Part shown: positions 57,921-64,000 of the stretch, in pieces | Layout of the letters: every line of letters starts with the position of its first letter | How positions within the stretch are numbered: the first letter of the stretch is position 1 | From: an uncultured Verrucomicrobiae bacterium | Lineage (GTDB): Bacteria; Verrucomicrobiota; Verrucomicrobiia; Limisphaerales; Palsa-1400 | Reading direction: 5' to 3' | Length of the DNA: 64,000 bases | NCBI GenBank assembly: GCA_963707025.1 | Contig: CAVPOM010000016.1 | Coordinates: forward strand, 124,047 to 188,046 | Position numbers and translations under genes: made by a program | The notes under the pieces: generated by a model | What the model was told of the DNA's origin: nothing | Database searches by the model: none | Seen by the model: the letters and a program-made list of their open reading frames with translations, nothing else

Positions 57921-57929
57921 AAAGAATTT

Positions 57930-60005
57930 ATGAGAAAATTGTTACTTGGCGGGCTGATGTTACTGGGCGGGCTGGCGGTGCAAGCGCAACCTCCGGTGAG
58001 CCTTTACAACACCTTCATTTTCCACAACAACGGCACGTCTGAGGGGATACAGTATTGCACGCTGCGCGACTCCTACACGGGCTTCAACATCAGCGTCAGT
58101 TTTCCGGCGCCGTTCCTGGCGGCAGGGGCCAGTTACACAAAAGTCAGTTGGGGAAGCGCCTGGCCGGTGTATCAGGGCGACACGATTTCGTTCGTGGGCG
58201 GGGCCAACAACTGCGCCTGGCTGGATGGGAGCGCCGTTACGAGCGTCCAATTCTCCAGCGGGACAACCTACACGCTGCCTGGAACATCCGCCGGGAGTCC
58301 GGTCACAATTGACGTGTATATGTGGGGCGGCGCGGCGGCGGCGCCGGGCCGGCGGTTTCGACCAATTCCCTGTTTTGCGTCACGATCAACAATACTTCCG
58401 GCGTGGGCAACTCCTATGGGATTGCCAACGTGGACAACGGCGTTTTGCTGAGTATTGACGCCTGCGGGGATAATGAGATTTATGTGCCGGCGGGCGGGTC
58501 GGCGCAGATCTGCACGACGGCGGGGCCGACAAACAACCTGGCTTTGGTCACGGAGACGGGCGGCGGGATGGGTTCGCAGTCCACGCAAGTCAGTTTGCCA
58601 CTGATTGGGGATGGGGGCCGCAAGGCGGGCGGGTGCAGTTCGATGGCGGGGTATGACCCCAATTTCACGGGGACCATTGCCTCGACGAATTTGGTCGGGA
58701 CGGCCATTCCTCCGGGGGCTTCGTCCGGCTCGGTGGTCAATAACAATGGGGCCACCATTCCCTGGGCCAGGCGGCGACAGCGTCTATCCTGGCGGGACAA
58801 ATTCACCGATCAACTATGCCGGCATGGCGGGTTCCGGCTTGGCGTCCAATGCGACCCTGATAACGGGGTTTGACGCGGTATTTGCGGAATTGGTCAATGT
58901 GGCCAACGGGGTGGGCAAGCTGGATGTAGATAACAATGCGGGCCTGGGAGCCATCAGGGGTATCGAGGGCAGCATTTTGAGCGGCCAGGGGACCGGAAAC
59001 GCATTGCTGACAGCGGCCAACGGCGATTTGGCGGCCATCAATTCCAGCATTTCGTCCGGCAATGCGAGTTTGGGCAGCATCCAGGGCGCATTGGGCGGCA
59101 TGTCGAATAACGCGGCAGCCGTGGGCAGCAATACCATTCAGGGGCTTGGGGGAATCTCCAATTTGCTCTGGATCGCTGACGGGACTCTGTCGGGCATGTC
59201 CAACGGGGTCGAGCTAATCGTTTCCAATACCGGGGACATGGCGGGCCAGTTTGGGATCGTGTCCAATTTCGCGGCGGCGTCGCTGGCGGCCACCAATGAC
59301 GCGGTTGGGGGGCTGTCGCGGGTCTGGTCGGATGGGGCGAATGTGGCGGGCATGACCAATCACCTGGCCGGGTTCGCGGCTTCGCAGTTCGCCAATTTGA
59401 ATGTGCAAGGGTCCCTGGCGCAAGCAGGCGCAAACGACTTGGGGACAGGGCCGATTTCGTCGCTGGACAGCAGTTTTTGGAATTTGAACTGTGTGATGGG
59501 CGACAAGACCTATTCGTTTGACCTCAACCCAATGGACAATGCCGGGATTGCTTCCCTGGCCGGGGTGAGCCGGACTTGTGAACAGTGGATCGCGTGCGTG
59601 GTTTTCATCCTGCTGGTGATGAAACTGTTTGAGAAATACTCGGCGGGCCTGGCCGGGACCACGCAACTGCAAGCCAACCGCATGAGCGTTCTGGGCAACT
59701 CGGTGGGTCAATTGTCGGGCGCGGTGTATTTGCCTCTGATGGTGGCCCTGGCCGGGGCCATTCCGTTGTTTATCGGGGTCGCGGTGACAACGGGCGTCGG
59801 TTCCACCTGGTTTGGGGCGTGCGGGGTGATCCCGTTTCGGCCTGACGGCCTGACATCGGCTTTGCAGCAAGCCTACTGGCTGGCCGATCAATTTCTCCCC
59901 ATCAATTTCCTGATCTGCTCGGTGCTCTGGTACGTCTTCATCCGCCTCACGGCGGGGCCGATCTGGGCCATGTCCATGCTCGTGCTCAAATCCCTAATCT
60001 CCTGA
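57930..60005 (+). CDS. Adsorption protein (pIII-like) with pVI-like C-terminal extension; two single-base frameshifts (~58335, ~58762)
   Basis: Signal peptide ending VQA-QP; three overlapping ORFs join into ~691 aa; Gly linkers, Cys pairs, coiled region, FDLNP...WIACVVFILLV anchor then further TM segments. Confidence 0.7.
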
Positions 60006-60008
60006 CCT

Positions 60009-60686
60009 ATGATTGATTACCTGGCTTTGCGCGTGTTTGGCTGCTTTGCGGCGGCGATAGTTCTTGGCGGCGCGACTCTGATTGCGGTCGTGGATGGGGA
60101 GGCGGGACGGCGCCGGGCGTTGTTTTGGGGCATCTGCGGCGCGGGGCTGCTCCTGTGTGCGACGGCGCGGGCCGATGGTTACACGGTTACGGGCGTCGGG
60201 AGCGGGTCCGGGCCGGTCGGCGTGCTGTCTGACGGATCGGTCATGGTCCCGGTGATTTGGGACAATGAGACGGGCGCGGCTGTCGAGGTGGATTGCGCCA
60301 AGCCTGGCGGGAGCGGCATTTACTACACGCTTTGGCCGGTGCAGGGCGTTTCGGCGCTGTCCTGGGTTCTGGTGCCTCCAGGCGGGTGTTATTTCCAGGC
60401 GTTTTGCCCGTCGGACACTCACGAAGGGGACACGTTCAGTCCGGCGATGGATTTGAGCGGAACCAATGTCAACGTCGTGACGTTCGTTTGCGACAGCGGT
60501 TCGTTGGCGGCGGGCGGGTTGGGCGGCGTCTCGGTCGTGAATTACGGCTACATCCGGCCTGACCAGGCGCAAGAGTTCCTCTGGCCGTGGTTTATCGCGG
60601 GTTTCACCCTGGCCTGCACCGGGATTGCCTATCAACTGATTTGGCGGCAAGTCCGCAACATCGGCGGGGAGGCGCCCACAATGTGA
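60009..60686 (+). CDS. Phage exported/virion protein with C-terminal TM helix
   Basis: Long hydrophobic leader ending ARA-DG, beta-rich domain with 4 Cys, WFIAGFTLACTGIAYQLIWRQVR. Confidence 0.7.
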   Translation: MIDYLALRVFGCFAAAIVLGGATLIAVVDGEAGRRRALFWGICGAGLLLCATARADGYTVTGVGSGSGPVGVLSDGSVMVPVIWDNETGAAVEVDCAKPGGSGIYYTLWPVQGVSALSWVLVPPGGCYFQAFCPSDTHEGDTFSPAMDLSGTNVNVVTFVCDSGSLAAGGLGGVSVVNYGYIRPDQAQEFLWPWFIAGFTLACTGIAYQLIWRQVRNIGGEAPTM

Positions 60687-60901
60687 AAAGAAACGCTCCA
60701 GGATTGGGTATGAGGCGTTTTGAGAACACCTGCGTCGTGGTGACACGGGGGCGGCGCTTGGTTCGGACCTGGGCCGGCGGCTTGGACTACGCGCACATGA
60801 TGTGCCGGCTGGATGGCGTGATTGATCTTCTTGACGAACCGCTCCCGTATTTGGAGCGCGATCTTTTCTCCCTTTATGAGTCTCTATTTTGTCAGCGGTA
60901 A
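60683..60901 (+). CDS. Small hypothetical phage protein
   Basis: GTG overlaps the upstream stop; 72 aa filling the gap before the ATPase. Confidence 0.4.
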   Translation: MKRNAPGLGMRRFENTCVVVTRGRRLVRTWAGGLDYAHMMCRLDGVIDLLDEPLPYLERDLFSLYESLFCQR

Positions 60902-62804
60902 AATCGGGTCGGGCAAGTCCTATCGCGGGATGGTGAACATCCGGGACGAAATCCTGCACGGCCATCGTTTGATCGTGACCAATCTCCCGATCAAGCTGCC
61001 GGAGTTCTCGGATTACCTGGCGGAGCATTACCCATCCCATGATGTTTGCCTTTACGACCATTGGCGGCCGGCCACCGATTTCGAGTGTCCAGCGGGGGCG
61101 GGGGTATTTGCGCCCGGCCTGGTCGGCAAGGTGGTGGACGGCGTGGCGATGGTGCTGGTGCCTTCGCGCATTCGCATCCTGGGCGATGATGAGTTGAAGG
61201 AGTTCTACCGTTACCGGCAAACCGGCGCGGAGTTGGTGGCGAAAGTGAATCAACGGGCGTCGGGCGACAAGGGGCCGTCGCATCCGGTGTGCCTGGATTT
61301 CTCGCCGTGGGGCGCAAAGGGCCGCTTTGCCGGGCAGGGCGTGGTTTACCACCTGGACGAATGCCAGTTGTTTTACAACGTGCGCAAGTATGCGGAAGCC
61401 CCGGAGGAAATGCCCTTTTACCTGTCGCAGCATCGCAAGCTCGGTGACGACATTTACGTTTATACGCAGAAGCCGGAAAACGTGGACAAGATGCTGCGGA
61501 GTTTCACCCAGGAATACATATACCTGACCAACGTGGGGAAGAAGAAGATCGGCATCTTCCAGCCTCCCAGGTTCTTCCGCATGGCGGCTTACCCTGACGT
61601 GTTCACGGGAGCGCCTGGGCAAGCCTCGGAATGGTCGCGCAGTTTTCGGATGGATTTTCGGCTGGCGGATTGTTACGAGACGGCCAAGGGCATCGGGATT
61701 GAAGCCATGAAAGCGGACAAAGAGGCGGCGGCGCGGGGCATTTCGTGGCGGTGGGCGTTGCTGTTTCCGATAATCCTGGCGTCGTTGTTTCCGGCGTATG
61801 GGATGATTTCCAAGCATGTCGTGCATAAGTTCTTCGGGCAATCGGTGGACGCTTTGGCGGCGGTGCAACATCAGACTAATCGTGTGGACGGCGGGACGGT
61901 GGCGCGGGTTGTGCCAGGGGGCGCGAATGATGCTCCGTCGGCGGGTGCCGTGGCGGGCCTGCCTGCCGGCCAGATCGGGGCCGTTGCGCCGGCGGAAAAG
62001 CCAAATCTGATTGGCAGGCCGTTGCCCGCGGCTCCGCGGTTGGATGCCAGGACCGTCGCGGAATCTGTGTTTGCGGCGTCTGAGTCTGTGCCGACCGTTT
62101 CCCATGATGTGTTTTTCGTGGGAGTGATGACCACGCCGGACCGCAACGGGCGCTTGGTCACAACGGTAGTCTTGTCAGACAAGTCGGTTTATGTCCTGGG
62201 CGTGGACAAGGAGCTTACGAGCGTGACGGCCAAGTACTGCATCGTGGGCGGCGTGATGTATGCCTGGCGGTCGTACGAGGACATGGCGCGGGAAGCCGGC
62301 ACGGCGCCTTATCCGGCGTTCACGAAGCCTGGCGCAATGGCAACGCCACCGGCCGTTCTCCGTTCCGGTGGCGTGATTGTGGGCGGTTCCCCCCGGCAGG
62401 TACTAAAACCGGCATCCGGTAATCAAGGATTACAAACTCAAATGAAAGACGAGCAACATCAATTTCTGTCGTTGGTTGGGCAGCTCCCGGCCCGGCTGAC
62501 TGTCGAACAAGCGGCCTGGGTGCTCGGTTGCCAGTTCCATGACATGCCGATCCTCATTTCAACTCGTCTGCTGAAACCCCTCGGAAACCCGCCACAAAAC
62601 GCCGTCAAGTTCTTTTCCACGGCAGAGGTTACGGAATTGACCAAAGACCGGGCATGGCTGGCAAAGATGACGAACACCATCAGCCAGCACTGGCACAAAA
62701 GAAATGTGCGCCAGAAAAGTCATTCTCCAAATGGAGCGCGGCACGGTTTGTCCCCGAATTTAGAACGAGCAAGTTTAGCGACCACCGCTGGCGAAAACGG
62801 TTGA
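60876..62804 (+). CDS. Zot/pI-like morphogenesis ATPase, in frame with a C-terminal excisionase-like domain
   Basis: MSLYFVSGKIGSGKS (Walker A), IVTNL, YHLDECQ (Walker B), SQHRKLGDDIYVYTQ, CYET, one TM segment. Confidence 0.88.
   Translation: MSLYFVSGKIGSGKSYRGMVNIRDEILHGHRLIVTNLPIKLPEFSDYLAEHYPSHDVCLYDHWRPATDFECPAGAGVFAPGLVGKVVDGVAMVLVPSRIRILGDDELKEFYRYRQTGAELVAKVNQRASGDKGPSHPVCLDFSPWGAKGRFAGQGVVYHLDECQLFYNVRKYAEAPEEMPFYLSQHRKLGDDIYVYTQKPENVDKMLRSFTQEYIYLTNVGKKKIGIFQPPRFFRMAAYPDVFTGAPGQASEWSRSFRMDFRLADCYETAKGIGIEAMKADKEAAARGISWRWALLFPIILASLFPAYGMISKHVVHKFFGQSVDALAAVQHQTNRVDGGTVARVVPGGANDAPSAGAVAGLPAGQIGAVAPAEKPNLIGRPLPAAPRLDARTVAESVFAASESVPTVSHDVFFVGVMTTPDRNGRLVTTVVLSDKSVYVLGVDKELTSVTAKYCIVGGVMYAWRSYEDMAREAGTAPYPAFTKPGAMATPPAVLRSGGVIVGGSPRQVLKPASGNQGLQTQMKDEQHQFLSLVGQLPARLTVEQAAWVLGCQFHDMPILISTRLLKPLGNPPQNAVKFFSTAEVTELTKDRAWLAKMTNTISQHWHKRNVRQKSHSPNGARHGLSPNLERASLATTAGENG
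62442..62804 (+). CDS. Excisionase-like HTH protein (probable internal start)
   Basis: AAGGA upstream of the ATG; LPARLTVEQAAWVLGCQFHDMPILI...LLKPLG resembles MerR/Xis-type winged HTH proteins. Confidence 0.6.
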   Translation: MKDEQHQFLSLVGQLPARLTVEQAAWVLGCQFHDMPILISTRLLKPLGNPPQNAVKFFSTAEVTELTKDRAWLAKMTNTISQHWHKRNVRQKSHSPNGARHGLSPNLERASLATTAGENG

Positions 62805-62880
62805 GCGTGAAAGGCGCGTCCGAATTGCAGTCCCGCACAGGGTGGAGAAACATGGCGTTGGTTCGCGGGAGCGGACGTGA

Positions 62881-63828
62881 CTATTTTTTGTCGTCTGGTT
62901 GCATCGTCCGCGCAGCGTAGGCGATGACGGTGGTGGTGATGGCTTGGATCATCTGCGACTCAAATTGGTCGTAGTGCGGTTCGGGAAGGTGAACCGTGGG
63001 GTTCGCAGCAGTTTTGATCGCGGTAAGTGCGCTGTTCAACCAGGTGGAGGTAGCGGAACCAAGCCGCGTTTGCCAGCTTCGCTTTAATTCGGGCTGCCGG
63101 GCCGAGTCTTTGTTTTTTGGGTCCACGGGAACTGACGTGAAAAACGGATCGAGCGCCGTGCGGCATCTGGCTACGGCCATATCATAGAAGCCTTCTGCGT
63201 GGAGTGATTGTGCCTGGCGCAGAGCTTCGTAGGACCGATTAAGGGCTTGGCAATTTTCGATTGGCACTGCGGGAAGTTCAACCAGGTGAACCACCCCAAA
63301 GCCCGTGTTTGGTAAAACACGTTCAATCCAGGTTGACCGAGGAATCCTGATGGATAATTTTGCCGTCAGGCGGAGCACACTGCGAACTCCCCATATTGCC
63401 GGGCGCTGCGTCTTTGGATCTCCTTCGATGGGCCGATGTTCCTCAACGGTCAGTTGACAATCAATGTTCAGAGCCAAGTCTTTGCCATCACGCTGCCGTT
63501 CCATTGCCGTGACACGCTTCGCATCAATGGGAAACTCCAGGGACAGGTATTCAGGGCCGACATAATGCGCGTGGGTGCGCTGAACACGAACCAGCCTTAA
63601 AGGAATTGCGTCCGCCAATTTTCCAACGTTATCGCGCGACAATTGCGCGTCAAGCCCAGTGAAAACATAATCTGCGAGCTTCTCGTGCAGAGGATAGTAA
63701 TCGAGCTTAACGGGAATCATGAGGCGGGGATAGATCGCGCCACCGGTTCCGAACAATAGCGCCTCATCAACGGAAATGCCCGCGAGTCCAGAGCCGCTGG
63801 CGAGGCATGAAAACATTTGGTCGCTCAT
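62881..63828 (-). CDS. Hypothetical protein with HEPN-like C-terminal domain
   Basis: LRQAQSLHAEGFYDMAVARCRTALD ... AANPTVH ... ESQMIQAITTTVIAY; beta-rich N-terminal half. Confidence 0.55.
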   Translation of the reverse strand: MSDQMFSCLASGSGLAGISVDEALLFGTGGAIYPRLMIPVKLDYYPLHEKLADYVFTGLDAQLSRDNVGKLADAIPLRLVRVQRTHAHYVGPEYLSLEFPIDAKRVTAMERQRDGKDLALNIDCQLTVEEHRPIEGDPKTQRPAIWGVRSVLRLTAKLSIRIPRSTWIERVLPNTGFGVVHLVELPAVPIENCQALNRSYEALRQAQSLHAEGFYDMAVARCRTALDPFFTSVPVDPKNKDSARQPELKRSWQTRLGSATSTWLNSALTAIKTAANPTVHLPEPHYDQFESQMIQAITTTVIAYAARTMQPDDKK

Positions 63829-64000
63829 AAATTTTTCACATGCTAACTGATAAGAATCTCGGGTCCACTCCTTTACGGAGCAGTGGGCCAAATCTTGCAA
63901 ACCGTAACCACCGATAACCTCAGAGTGCCGCCCTGGTGCCATAGAATCCGCCACGGCACGCCGTCACCGGTCTTGGCGTTCGCCTTCACTGATTCACCGC

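Larger units (their letters stand above)
56322..62804 (+). mobile_element. Filamentous phage (inovirus-like) gene module
   Basis: Co-oriented small beta-rich protein, HUH Rep, signal-peptide major coat protein, tiny TM ORF, large Gly/Ser/Asn-rich adsorption-like protein and Zot-like ATPase. Confidence 0.88.

Noticed and set aside
59994..62105. 703-aa minus-strand ORF over the phage genes
   Set aside because: Arg/His/Pro-rich shadow of plus-strand genes that carry clear motifs
60876..62441. Zot as an enterotoxin or virulence factor
   Set aside because: Similarity is to the morphogenesis ATPase domain; nothing in the sequence supports toxin activity

Overview
High-GC bacterial DNA whose gene families point to a soil or peat Verrucomicrobiota of the Pedosphaera/Limisphaerales type (inferred from the ECF sigma factor-kinase pair, a prepilin-type H-X9-DG protein and a recurring C-terminal domain on secreted proteins). 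1-8.3 kb holds housekeeping genes (response regulator, rodZ-like, rimO, pgsA, pgpA, ruvC) and a GH13/GH15-like pair. 12-21 kb is a Ser/Thr kinase-WD40 / ECF sigma / secreted NHL-Ig-Gly-rich module with a shared putative ECF promoter. 22-37 kb has a GH172, a corrinoid/methyltransferase pair and a pectin-utilisation cluster. At 37495-37515 lies a 21-bp tRNA 3'-end fragment (att core) flanked by TGGTGTCC repeats and a broken integrase; the rest of the window looks like one composite integrative element that runs off the right edge. It carries (i) small mobile-element genes with paired hairpin repeats; (ii) an AT-richer, AraC-linked, duplicated module of membrane-anchored protein plus secreted Cys-rich peptide with MauE/DoxX-like membrane domains; (iii) an IS256 remnant; (iv) a GtrA/GT2/three GT-C glycosylation cassette; (v) a filamentous phage (inovirus) gene set with ssDNA-binding-like protein, HUH Rep, major coat, an apparent pIII-pVI fusion and a Zot/pI ATPase in frame with an excisionase-like domain; and (vi) a HEPN-like gene. 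The inovirus-in-island architecture and the Cys-peptide/MauE module are the best candidates for undescribed systems. All family assignments are from motif recognition by eye; no searches were run.
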